Shown one piece after another: positions 1 to 8,530 of a stretch of 64,000 nt of DNA. The stretch is from assembly GCA_965248055.1 (NCBI GenBank), contig CBDFIJ010000004.1:2914925-2978924 (forward strand), given 5' to 3'. Origin of the DNA: Candidatus Multivoradales bacterium (GTDB lineage: Bacteria; Acidobacteriota; Thermoanaerobaculia; Multivoradales; JAHEKO01). Both the position numbers and the translations under genes were made by a program. The stretch's first letter is position 1. Each line of letters begins with the position of its first letter. The notes below the pieces were generated by a model, which saw nothing but the letters and a program-made list of their open reading frames with translations, was not told the DNA's origin and made no database searches.

Positions 1-55
1 CCATTTTCGATCGATATTTGCGGTCTGCTCCCCTATGACCAATTAGAATCTCGGG

Positions 56-460
56 ATGCGATTCAAATCCGCCATCGACATCTGGCTGTGGGCCATCGTT
101 GTGCTGGAAATATTCTTGGGGATGGTGATGCTGTCGGTCACCTCCTACCTCCCTTGGCGCCAACTGGGGTTGCTGGCCTTAGCGTTTCTCCCAGCGATTG
201 TGATTCCAGTTTGGTTGTTCACTTCCACTTACTATGAAGTCCAAAGTGAGGTCTTGCGCATCAAGTGCGGGCCGTTTTCGTGGCGAATTCCGCTCGATCA
301 AATCCGCTCGGTAAAAAAGAGTCCGTCGCTGTTGTCCGGCCCGGCTCTCTCTCTGCAGCGACTGAAGATTCTCTACAACGACAACAAATCAATCGTGGTG
401 TCGCCGAAGGATCAAGAGAGGTTTCTGGCTGCCATTGGGAAGGATCTTGCGGGCAATTAG
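56..460 (+). CDS. small membrane protein with bacterial PH-like (bPH_2/YdbS-type) domain
   Basis: Two N-terminal TM helices followed by a ~90-aa soluble domain resembling bacterial PH/DUF304 proteins; ATG start. Confidence 0.45.
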   Translation: MRFKSAIDIWLWAIVVLEIFLGMVMLSVTSYLPWRQLGLLALAFLPAIVIPVWLFTSTYYEVQSEVLRIKCGPFSWRIPLDQIRSVKKSPSLLSGPALSLQRLKILYNDNKSIVVSPKDQERFLAAIGKDLAGN

Positions 461-1406
461 ACGGTGGTTTGAAACGTTGGCTGCGCTGGCGATCTTGGCT
501 GTCGGAGGTGCGACGGCACAGGACGCGAAACCGGTCACACCGGCCCCATACGTCGTTGTTCTAGGTGTCGCTCAAGACGGGGCTGTTCCCCAAGCGGGAA
601 CCAAGGACCATTCGGGTTGGCTTGATCAGCAGCATCGGCGCTTTGTCGTCAGTCTCGGGTTGGTTGATCCCGCAACCAATCAGCGATGGCTGTTCGAAGC
701 AACCCCGGATTTCCCGGAACAGTTACACCATCTGGATCAACTTGTGCCGGTGGAAGGTCGCCCAGGCCTGGATGGCATCTTCCTAACCCATGCACATATG
801 GGGCATTACACCGGTCTGATGTACCTCGGCCACGAAGTGATGGGAGCGGAGGGCGTGCCGGTGTATGCCATGCCGCAGATGCAGGACTTCTTGACCACCA
901 ACGGGCCGTGGAGCCAGTTGGTAAAATACAACAACATCGCATTGCGCTCCTTGAAAGACGGTGTCGCAGTGACGCTAAATGAACGCCTCCAAGTCACCCC
1001 GTTTCTGGTTCCGCACCGGCAGGAGTTCTCGGAAGTGGTTGGCTACCGGATTGACGGTCCCGAGAAGTCCGTGCTGTTTATTCCCGACATAGACAGTTGG
1101 CAACAGTTCGATGAGATGGGAACGCGGATTGAAGACCTGATCGCGTCGGTCGACATCGCCTACCTGGACGCCACTTTCTACGATGGCAATGAACTCCCTG
1201 GTCGCGATATGTCCGGCTTTCCCCATCCGTTTATCGTTCGCAGTATGGAACGGTTTGCCGATCTGCCGACGGAGGAAAAGGCGAAGGTGCGGTTTATTCA
1301 CTTCAACCACAGCAATCCTGTGTTGTGGAACGCTTCTGTCGCTGCTGAGACTGTTCGACAGCAGGGTTTTGCCCTGGCAAGGGCGCGGGACTTGTCGCCA
1401 TTGTGA
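435..1406 (+). CDS. secreted MBL-fold metallo-hydrolase (PqqB/PhnP-like)
   Basis: N-terminal signal peptide (AILAVGGATAQDA); H-x-H-x-G-H motif 'THAHMGHYTGL' typical of metallo-beta-lactamase fold; later Asp/His ligands (DIDSW, HFNH). Confidence 0.6.
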   Translation: MGRILRAIRRWFETLAALAILAVGGATAQDAKPVTPAPYVVVLGVAQDGAVPQAGTKDHSGWLDQQHRRFVVSLGLVDPATNQRWLFEATPDFPEQLHHLDQLVPVEGRPGLDGIFLTHAHMGHYTGLMYLGHEVMGAEGVPVYAMPQMQDFLTTNGPWSQLVKYNNIALRSLKDGVAVTLNERLQVTPFLVPHRQEFSEVVGYRIDGPEKSVLFIPDIDSWQQFDEMGTRIEDLIASVDIAYLDATFYDGNELPGRDMSGFPHPFIVRSMERFADLPTEEKAKVRFIHFNHSNPVLWNASVAAETVRQQGFALARARDLSPL

Positions 1407-1942
1407 TCATTGGAAGGAGTTGCCTGGGGAAAAGGAAGGTTTTCCAAGTTCTCATTGCGCTCGTGGGCGGATTCCTCACTCTCACAGCGTGTACACCGGC
1501 GGTCGTGGTCGGGGCGAGTGTTGCCGCCGGCGTTGTTATTTCCCAGGCTGACCCCTCAGACCGATTGAGTGAATGTCTGTGGTCCACTTCCCAAGAGTTG
1601 GGAGGGCCGTTGGGTCGCTCGATTCAGGGCGACTGCAATCTGAAAGTCAAGAAATCGGCGCTGGTCGTGCTACTTCCGGATATGGCGATCGACGACACCT
1701 CGCTCTTGGCCTTGGGAATATCAGTGGAGGAACTGAGAACCGTGCGAGAGATGGAGCGATATAGCGGTCGTCCTGGAATGGTCATTATCGACGAACGCAA
1801 GAAACGGCATCCGTCGTACAGCGCCCTCACCTTCACAGTAGTCCCCAATGTTTTGGTCTGTAGGCCACAGGATGGCTATGTCCGGTACGTGATCGACTCG
1901 AGTGCCGGTCACCCGACTGTCGTTTCGCTTGGGTGTGAATAG
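1403..1942 (+). CDS. lipoprotein, paralog A of a 3-member local family
   Basis: Lipobox LTLTAC; two conserved Cys pairs; core VVLLP...LALGISVEEL...VLVCRPQDG aligns with ORFs 2282-2815 and 4385-4879. Confidence 0.55.
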   Translation: MIIGRSCLGKRKVFQVLIALVGGFLTLTACTPAVVVGASVAAGVVISQADPSDRLSECLWSTSQELGGPLGRSIQGDCNLKVKKSALVVLLPDMAIDDTSLLALGISVEELRTVREMERYSGRPGMVIIDERKKRHPSYSALTFTVVPNVLVCRPQDGYVRYVIDSSAGHPTVVSLGCE

Positions 1943-1959
1943 TTCAAGAGGAGAAACTT

Positions 1960-2253
1960 GTGTTGGCGAAAACTTTCACGGTCATCATTGTTTCGGTGTT
2001 TGCCCTGACAGAAAAGTTGACCGCGGGTTCAGAGCAACTCACCGCCACATTTATCGGCAATGAAGCCTTCAAGATCACCGACCGGGAGGTAACCTTGTTC
2101 ACCGATTTCCCCTACCAATCGGGCGCCTACGGTTACATGGAGTACGACGAGGCGCTGGTCAAACGGACTCCAAATTCATACTGCCTATTCAGCCACGGTC
2201 ACCGGGATCACTTCGCTGCTGAGCTGGTTGGCCAAGTGGGGTGCTGTTGTTGA
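1960..2253 (+). pseudogene. truncated N-terminal fragment of MBL-fold hydrolase (UPF0173/YtkL-like)
   Basis: GTG start with AGGAGA RBS; 'YCLFSHGHRDHF' = HxHxDH motif but ORF ends after 97 aa, no C-terminal metal ligands; next gene starts 30 bp later. Confidence 0.4.
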
Positions 2254-2281
2254 TAGATTGAGAGATCCAGGAGTAACGACT

Positions 2282-2815
2282 ATGACGCAGAAGCACTCGA
2301 AGCCGGGGTCGAACAGAGGTGTCGTGATGTTTATCTTGGTGGCCTTGCTAACAACGGGATGCAGCACCAGGTCGGCCGTCGCACTTGGGGCAGCGGTCAT
2401 TACGTCTTGGCCAGATGCCAGTGACAAACTGGGCGGATGCCTCCTGAAGGGTGCTGGCGATCTTGAGCGATCCGCAGATAGCGAGAGAGTATTGTCGTGT
2501 CCAATGCCGAACGCAGATGGCGGTTTGATTGTGCTCTTTCCAACCGCACCTACCTCGACCAGTCAACTGGAAGCGCTCGGGGTCACGCGGCGCGAGATCG
2601 ACGCGGTTAACTCACTTCAGTTTGATATCGGGCCGTACCAACGGATCAACTTCGTACCCAACGACCCAAAAACACGCCCTCAGAGAACCTCGCTTCGATA
2701 TCAATGGTTGGATGTTAAGGATCTATGGGTGTGCCGCCCCGCGTCCGGACCGATCGAGTTCGCGCTCAGCAAGAGTGGTTCCAAAGTTATGGTGTCTGGC
2801 CGGACCTGTTCGTGA
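2282..2815 (+). CDS. lipoprotein, paralog B
   Basis: Signal peptide + lipobox LLTTGC (start taken at ATG 2282); conserved core IVLFPTAP..SQLEALGVTRREIDAVN...QRINFVPNDPK...LWVCRPASGP shared with paralogs A and C. Confidence 0.55.
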   Translation: MTQKHSKPGSNRGVVMFILVALLTTGCSTRSAVALGAAVITSWPDASDKLGGCLLKGAGDLERSADSERVLSCPMPNADGGLIVLFPTAPTSTSQLEALGVTRREIDAVNSLQFDIGPYQRINFVPNDPKTRPQRTSLRYQWLDVKDLWVCRPASGPIEFALSKSGSKVMVSGRTCS

Positions 2816-2821
2816 CAGCGA

Positions 2822-3352
2822 GTGATAGCTGCCGCTAACAAAGAGATGACTTCCAAACTCCAGTTTGAGCCACGCGACCCTGCCTTCGTCGACAAGGTTC
2901 GAGAGAGCTTTGCCCAGCAGGAGTTCATGGCTACCCTGGGGGCTGAGATCAGCGATATTCAGCCCGGCTCGGTACGCATCGAGATGCCGTACTCCGAGCG
3001 TTTCACCCAACAGCATCAGTACATGCATGCCGCTGCCATTGCGGCGATTGCCGACAGTGCCTGTGGCTATGCTGCCTTCACCCTCACGCCACCCGGTACC
3101 GACGTACTGTCGATTGAGTACAAGGTCAACCTACTGGCCCCCGCGCGCGGCGACAATTTCTATGCGATTGCTCGGGTGGTGAAGTCGGGTCGAACCATTA
3201 CGGTTTGCGATGCTGATGTCTACGCGGTACGAGACCAGGGTGAGAAACTGGTCGCTTCTTTGACTGCTACGATCATGTCGCTCCCCAGTCGAGACCACTC
3301 CGCTTCGCGCAAGTCGCGTTCAGCGCGGTGTGGTCTCGAAACACGGACGTAG
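2822..3352 (+). CDS. PaaI/4HBT-type hotdog-fold thioesterase
   Basis: Motifs 'HGAAIAAIADSACGYA' and 'EYKVNLLAPARGDNFYAIARVVKSGRTITVCDADV' typical of PaaI thioesterase family. Confidence 0.7.
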   Translation: MIAAANKEMTSKLQFEPRDPAFVDKVRESFAQQEFMATLGAEISDIQPGSVRIEMPYSERFTQQHQYMHAAAIAAIADSACGYAAFTLTPPGTDVLSIEYKVNLLAPARGDNFYAIARVVKSGRTITVCDADVYAVRDQGEKLVASLTATIMSLPSRDHSASRKSRSARCGLETRT

Positions 3353-3643
3353 CCGTTGGGCGATCTCGATATGAAAGGCAAGTTTCTGTCCTTGAACAAA
3401 GCCCTCGTTCCAGTCTGTGTTCTCACCGGAAGGCGGTTGTTTCAGGTGGCTGTATTCGCTGGCGGTTAGTAACCTGTCGCAATCGCGCGGCCAGGACTGG
3501 GTGCGAGAGGCGCGAATGCCCGCGCCGAATCCCAACAAGAACTCAGGCTGGTCGTCGAGACGGTCGAGGCTACGAGCGGCTTCGTCGGTCGCGGCATCGA
3601 TTGCTTCCGCGATCTCTACATTGAACTGTTCGACTCTCCAGAT

Positions 3644-4201
3644 CTAGTACTCGGCCAAGGTCGCTTCATAGTCTTCCGGGTATGGATCGTGCTCACGGCC
3701 ATTCCAGGTGCTCGACGCCCGCGCGGCGTGGGCGCTTTCGTAGCGAGCAAAAAGTTCGGTCAACAGCGTCTCGATTTGTGCGTCATCCTTGCGATCGATG
3801 TCGTTGGGGAGTTGAATTCTAAGTTCGACCTTACAATCGAGTTCGTCGAATAGCTCGAAGGGACCTTCCAGCCGTGGAGCCAGTAGCGGTTCATCGAGAT
3901 CGAGCAGTACCTCGATCCGTTTCCGCTCGACTTTGACTTTGGAGACCTGGAACAGCTCACCAGAATCAAACGAGAACTCGCCGTTGGAAGTAGAGCGTTG
4001 ACCGACCACATCGTTGTTGGTGTAGCGATCGCCACAGCCAGATTGCACGTCGATGTTGGTCGTCGCCCAGGCTCCGAGCCATCGGTTGCTAATGTCTCTT
4101 TCGTCCGCATGAATGGAGGGCACTTCGAACAGAAGGGCAGCGGTCAACAGGAGTGCTGCGGGCAATGGTTTGCGACCAACGGTTATGCGTTTCATAGACA
4201 T
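3644..4201 (-). CDS. secreted hypothetical protein
   Basis: Signal peptide (LLLTAALLFEVPSIHA); no recognisable catalytic motifs; acidic C-terminus. Confidence 0.45.
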   Translation of the reverse strand: MSMKRITVGRKPLPAALLLTAALLFEVPSIHADERDISNRWLGAWATTNIDVQSGCGDRYTNNDVVGQRSTSNGEFSFDSGELFQVSKVKVERKRIEVLLDLDEPLLAPRLEGPFELFDELDCKVELRIQLPNDIDRKDDAQIETLLTELFARYESAHAARASSTWNGREHDPYPEDYEATLAEY

Positions 4202-4384
4202 GCTTCCCGGACAAACGGCTGTGAACGGTTGTTGCTACTCAAGAACCCTCGGATCCTCTCATAGTGCGCTACGGATTCTTGATTACCGCGCGAGCGGCAA
4301 GGGTACTCCTGCTTTGTGCTAACCTAGCTCTGTTTTTGACAGTGTCTCTCGGCTTCTGAAGGAGAGCTCTTGGAGGAGTACAGA

Positions 4385-4879
4385 ATGCACAGGCAGCGTG
4401 AATTGCGGAAAGGACCTTACCGTTATTATCTGGGTTGGGCGGTCTTGCTACTGATGATTGGGTCTGTGGGCTGTACCACCGAGATCTACTTGAGCGGTTT
4501 GGGTGCGTGTTTCCGCAACGCGGTGGGGGAACTGAGACGCACCGGTGCTGAGGAAATTCGACGAGAATGCAACACCGGAGCCCGCAGCGGAGCCACGATT
4601 GTGGTCTTTCCCTATGACCCGGTTTCTGCGACACAACTCGGAGAGGCCGGTGTCTCGCGCGAAGACATCAACATCATCAACGACCTACAGAAGCCCAACA
4701 GCCAGCGCCAGCGGATCAACGTCCTGCCGAACAACCCGAAGTCGTCCGGCTGGGACATAAATATTGACGACCGTAAGTTCGACGTGCCTGAACTGATGGT
4801 GTGCAAGACCCCTGCAACCAAGGTCACCATAACTCTGCGACAGGAACACGGGAGGATCGTCTGGCGGGGGATGGAGTGA
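4385..4879 (+). CDS. lipoprotein, paralog C
   Basis: Lipobox MIGSVGC; core 'IVVFPYDPVSATQLGEAGVSREDINIINDLQ...QRINVLPNNPK...LMVCKTPATK' aligns to paralogs A/B. Confidence 0.55.
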   Translation: MHRQRELRKGPYRYYLGWAVLLLMIGSVGCTTEIYLSGLGACFRNAVGELRRTGAEEIRRECNTGARSGATIVVFPYDPVSATQLGEAGVSREDINIINDLQKPNSQRQRINVLPNNPKSSGWDINIDDRKFDVPELMVCKTPATKVTITLRQEHGRIVWRGME

Positions 4880-5018
4880 GGTCGTTTCTGCGGTGACTAC
4901 ACCACCGCAGAAGGCTAGTTGTGACGTTCGGGTGGCATAGACAATATCGACGCCGCTTCTTCTATAGTCCTGCACGATGCTCAAGATTCGACTTGAGTCG
5001 TCGGGGACTAGCTAGACC

Positions 5019-5861
5019 GTGTCGACGCGCCGCCGTTTTCTCCAGGGTTCGCTTGCTACAGCCGTTGCCACAAGTATTGGTGTATTGGCTTACACATTTG
5101 AAGTGGAGCCCGAATGGTTGCAGGTAGTTCGTCGACCGCTACCCATAGAAGGACTTCCGAGCGGGTTAGAAGGGAGATCCCTGGTGCAGCTCAGCGATCT
5201 CCATGTCGGAAAGCGAGTTTCCGACGACTACATACTCAGGACCTTCGAAACCGTTCGTCATTTGAATCCCGACCTAATTGTTTACACCGGGGATTTCACG
5301 AGCTACGAGCCCAGCGGTGTTGAGCACGCGGAATTCATCTACTCGCAGGCTCCGCGCGGGCGCATGGCAACCATTGGCATTCTAGGCAACCATGACTATG
5401 GCCCTAACTGGGCGCATCCGGAAATTGCAGCGCGGTTAGTTGATGTACTTCACGATCATGGGATTCGCATTCTGCGGAATCAGGTGGTGCAGGTCGAAGG
5501 TCTGCAGATTGCCGGGATGGATGATTTGTGGGCTGAAAGATTCGACCCGAAATCGGCGGTTGCCCAATTGCTGCCATCCAGGGCGTCATTGGCGCTGAGC
5601 CACAACCCTGACACTGTCGATCTTGAAGGCTGGGGCGGCTACCGAGGCTGGATCTTGAGCGGTCACACCCACGGTGGACAGTGCAAGGCTCCTTTCCTTC
5701 CCCCTCCGATCTTGCCGGTCAAGAACCGACGGTATACAGCTGGCGAGTTTGACGTGGGCGATGGACGCAGGATTTACATTAGTCGCGGCGTGGGACACTT
5801 AAAGAAGGTACGGTTCAACGTGCGTCCGGAAGTCACACGTTTTGCTTTGCGGAGGGCCTGA
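5019..5861 (+). CDS. TAT-exported calcineurin-like metallophosphoesterase
   Basis: Twin-arginine signal 'RRRFLQGSLATAVA'; GDxxS/GNHDY/GHTHGG metallophosphoesterase motifs. Confidence 0.7.
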   Translation: MSTRRRFLQGSLATAVATSIGVLAYTFEVEPEWLQVVRRPLPIEGLPSGLEGRSLVQLSDLHVGKRVSDDYILRTFETVRHLNPDLIVYTGDFTSYEPSGVEHAEFIYSQAPRGRMATIGILGNHDYGPNWAHPEIAARLVDVLHDHGIRILRNQVVQVEGLQIAGMDDLWAERFDPKSAVAQLLPSRASLALSHNPDTVDLEGWGGYRGWILSGHTHGGQCKAPFLPPPILPVKNRRYTAGEFDVGDGRRIYISRGVGHLKKVRFNVRPEVTRFALRRA

Positions 5862-5868
5862 TCCGGTG

Positions 5869-6552
5869 ATGAAACTAAACGGCGAAGCGTACGCTCGCGA
5901 TGGGTTTCTGGTCACCGATTCATGGGTTAATGAACCTGAGCTGTTCCGTTTTCGCCGTGAAGTGGATCGACTGGCTGCAGATTCTCCAGAGCACGGCGGA
6001 GTGCGAAACGGGCTGGAGAAGTCAGCGATTCTTAGAACCTTCGGAGAGTCCGATCAGATGTTCAGTCTGGCGAGTATGTTTCTGGATCGACCGATCACGC
6101 TGACGCGCCTGACGATCTTCGACAAGACGCCAAGTGCAAACTGGAAAGTCCCTTTTCACCAGGATCTGACGATTGCAGTAAGTGAAAGACGGCAGACCCC
6201 AGGTTTTGGGCCGTGGTCGATCAAGGAGGGAGTCCATCACGTACAACCTCCGGTTGAGATTCTGGAGAACACGATCTCACTGCGAGTCCACTTAGACGAT
6301 GCAACGGACGACAACGGTGCTCTTCGCGTAATCCCTGAAAGCCATAAGCTGGGACGCCTCACCCGCTCCCAGATTGGGAAAAAGCTCTCTACCGGGAAAT
6401 CGGCCTATTGCTCGGTTCGTGCTGGCGCGGCGATGGCCATGAGTCCTCTATTGCTACATGCCTCATCTGCTGCAACCGTTGCAGGTCATCGAAGGGTTTT
6501 GCACTATGAGTACGTCGGATGTGATTTGCCCAATGGACTCGCATGGGCATGA
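5869..6552 (+). CDS. phytanoyl-CoA dioxygenase (PhyH) family Fe(II)/2OG oxygenase
   Basis: 'PFHQDLT' H-x-D motif and downstream 'GALRVIPESHK' typical of PhyH family; start moved to ATG 5869 to avoid 5' overlap. Confidence 0.6.
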   Translation: MKLNGEAYARDGFLVTDSWVNEPELFRFRREVDRLAADSPEHGGVRNGLEKSAILRTFGESDQMFSLASMFLDRPITLTRLTIFDKTPSANWKVPFHQDLTIAVSERRQTPGFGPWSIKEGVHHVQPPVEILENTISLRVHLDDATDDNGALRVIPESHKLGRLTRSQIGKKLSTGKSAYCSVRAGAAMAMSPLLLHASSAATVAGHRRVLHYEYVGCDLPNGLAWA

Positions 6553-6553
6553 T

Positions 6554-7147
6554 CTAATTCTCTTGGGCAATTTGATACCGCAAGGGCCATTTCCTAGCCT
6601 CACCCGCATAGTTCACGCCGACTCTCGGTCCGCGGATAACTTCGCTTTCAGGCACGCGGCGCCCGTGAACTAAGAAAAGCCCACTGCCTTGCAGACTCCG
6701 GGCGTTCGATCGACAATCGATCCCCATGGCTTGACAGAGCTTAGCCGGACCACCAGCCAAGTCCTTGGCATTGACTCCGGGTTTCTGGCCGCGTCGGTGC
6801 TGCATGGTCGCCTCGCCGCCGACAGGAACTCCAGCGCGAATCAGTACTGCGTCGGCGACGCCTTGTTGGCCGCAGACGACGTTGAAGCACCAATGCATGC
6901 CGTAGACGAAGTAGATGTAGGCATGACCGGGTGGGCCGTACATTGGTGCAACGCGCTTTGTGCGACGACCAAAAGCCGCGTGGCTGGCGGGGTCGATGGC
7001 GCCGAGATAGGCCTCGGTCTCGGTGATTTCTAAGATTGAAGTGGAGGCCCCGACGACCCGCACGATCTGGCATCCGAGCAGCGCGCGCGCAACGGTCGGG
7101 CTGGGCCGGTCATAAAAGGCTCGGGGTAGTGATTGATCGAGATGAAT
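6554..7147 (-). CDS. DNA-3-methyladenine glycosylase (MPG/AAG family)
   Basis: 'EAYLG..DPASHA..GRRTKRVAPMYGPPGHAYIYFVYGMHWCFNVV' is the MPG signature; in-frame upstream sequence 'FYDRPSPTVARALLGCQIVRVVG' also matches the MPG N-terminus, so the true start is upstream of the GTG at 7063 (non-canonical/uncertain). Confidence 0.65.
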   Translation of the reverse strand: MHLDQSLPRAFYDRPSPTVARALLGCQIVRVVGASTSILEITETEAYLGAIDPASHAAFGRRTKRVAPMYGPPGHAYIYFVYGMHWCFNVVCGQQGVADAVLIRAGVPVGGEATMQHRRGQKPGVNAKDLAGGPAKLCQAMGIDCRSNARSLQGSGLFLVHGRRVPESEVIRGPRVGVNYAGEARKWPLRYQIAQEN

Positions 7148-7169
7148 GGAGAAGTCCTCGAATCAGGTT

Positions 7170-8441
7170 CTACTCTTCCTCGTCCTGAGCAGGACGGCGA
7201 ATGACTAACACGGTGCGATCATCAGAAAGGGGTTCACCATCGAGGAATTCATCCACTGCGGCGAAGATCTTGTCGACGGTTTCACGGGCGGAGCAGGCTC
7301 GGCACTCTTGAACGGTATCGACCAGCCGATCTCGGCCAAATTCTTCGTCGCTGGTACCGCCCAAGGCTTCCAGGATGCCGTCGGTCACCATCACCACCGT
7401 GCAACCGGGCTTGAGGTTGACGAAGCCTCGTTCGTAGGTGGCGTCTGCCAGTGGTCCCAGTACCGGGCCACCAGCTTGCAACTTCTTGACGCGACCCTCG
7501 GCATCGAGAAACAGCGGTGGTGGATGCCCGGCGTTGACGTAAATGAACAGTCCGGTGTTTTCCAGCTCGCCGTAACACATCGATACGAAGCGACTGGTCA
7601 AGGTGCCGTGGTGGATGATGCTATTCATCCGCTCCACGGTGCGCACGATCTTGAAGTCTCTCGACAGCCCCATGCGCAAACCCATGTGAATGTCGCGCAC
7701 TTGCATCGCCGCGGTGAGCCCGTGGCCAGACGAATCGGCGATGGCGATGCCGACGCTTTTGTCGCTCATCGGGATGAAGTCGTAAAAATCGCCACCGACG
7801 ACGTCCACCGGTTCGCTGCGAGCCGCCAAGTCAAAAACCCCAAATTTGGGCACCCGCCGGGGCAGAATCGAGGTTTGAATACGCCGCGCTTCGGCCAGGA
7901 CGTCGGCGATGCGCTCGCTGCGCAAACGGTCGTTGATCGAGTGGCGCAGAACCGCCAGAGCGTAAACGATGTCGTCGGATGCGACATCCGCGGCGGTATC
8001 AAACGCAATCACGTAGGCCTCGCCGCCGATCTCGATCGCGGCGAATTCAGAAACCCCAAGCTTGCTTTCCAGCTCAGCGTCGGTGCGCGGATCCCCCTGG
8101 GGCATGTAGATCACCCGGTTGCAGATCGCCAGTTCGATCGGCGGGTAGTCCGCGGGAACTTGTAGGCCTCGATTCTTGCCGACCCCGGTCGGGAAAGCGT
8201 CAATCAGCCGGTAGTGGTCGTTCCCCGTCTTACGATAGACCCGGATGCCAGTAATCCCCAATTCGTCGCCCAAGCCTTGGAGTACCTCCTTGGCGACATC
8301 GCGAACTGCCTTTTCCTCATCGACCACGGCGCCCATGCCTTGATCCACTACCTCATCGATCTTGGTCACCAATTGGCGAAAATCTACTTCGCGTCTTTGT
8401 TCAGTCAAATGCTGTACTCCCACTATCAAGCCGCCTCGCAA
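7170..8441 (-). CDS. PP2C-family (SpoIIE/RsbU-like) serine phosphatase with N-terminal GAF domain
   Basis: C-terminal 'DSSGHGLTAAM...' and 'VMVTDGILEA' PPM motifs; N-terminal ~160 aa GAF-like. Confidence 0.7.
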   Translation of the reverse strand: MRGGLIVGVQHLTEQRREVDFRQLVTKIDEVVDQGMGAVVDEEKAVRDVAKEVLQGLGDELGITGIRVYRKTGNDHYRLIDAFPTGVGKNRGLQVPADYPPIELAICNRVIYMPQGDPRTDAELESKLGVSEFAAIEIGGEAYVIAFDTAADVASDDIVYALAVLRHSINDRLRSERIADVLAEARRIQTSILPRRVPKFGVFDLAARSEPVDVVGGDFYDFIPMSDKSVGIAIADSSGHGLTAAMQVRDIHMGLRMGLSRDFKIVRTVERMNSIIHHGTLTSRFVSMCYGELENTGLFIYVNAGHPPPLFLDAEGRVKKLQAGGPVLGPLADATYERGFVNLKPGCTVVMVTDGILEALGGTSDEEFGRDRLVDTVQECRACSARETVDKIFAAVDEFLDGEPLSDDRTVLVIRRPAQDEEE

Positions 8442-8530
8442 CTCAAGTTGGGACGAGAGGCGATTATGGCCGAAGTAGACCGCAGTTGGAGTGGAATTCT
8501 GGCTTCTAACCGGTTGGCCGGTGACGGTTG

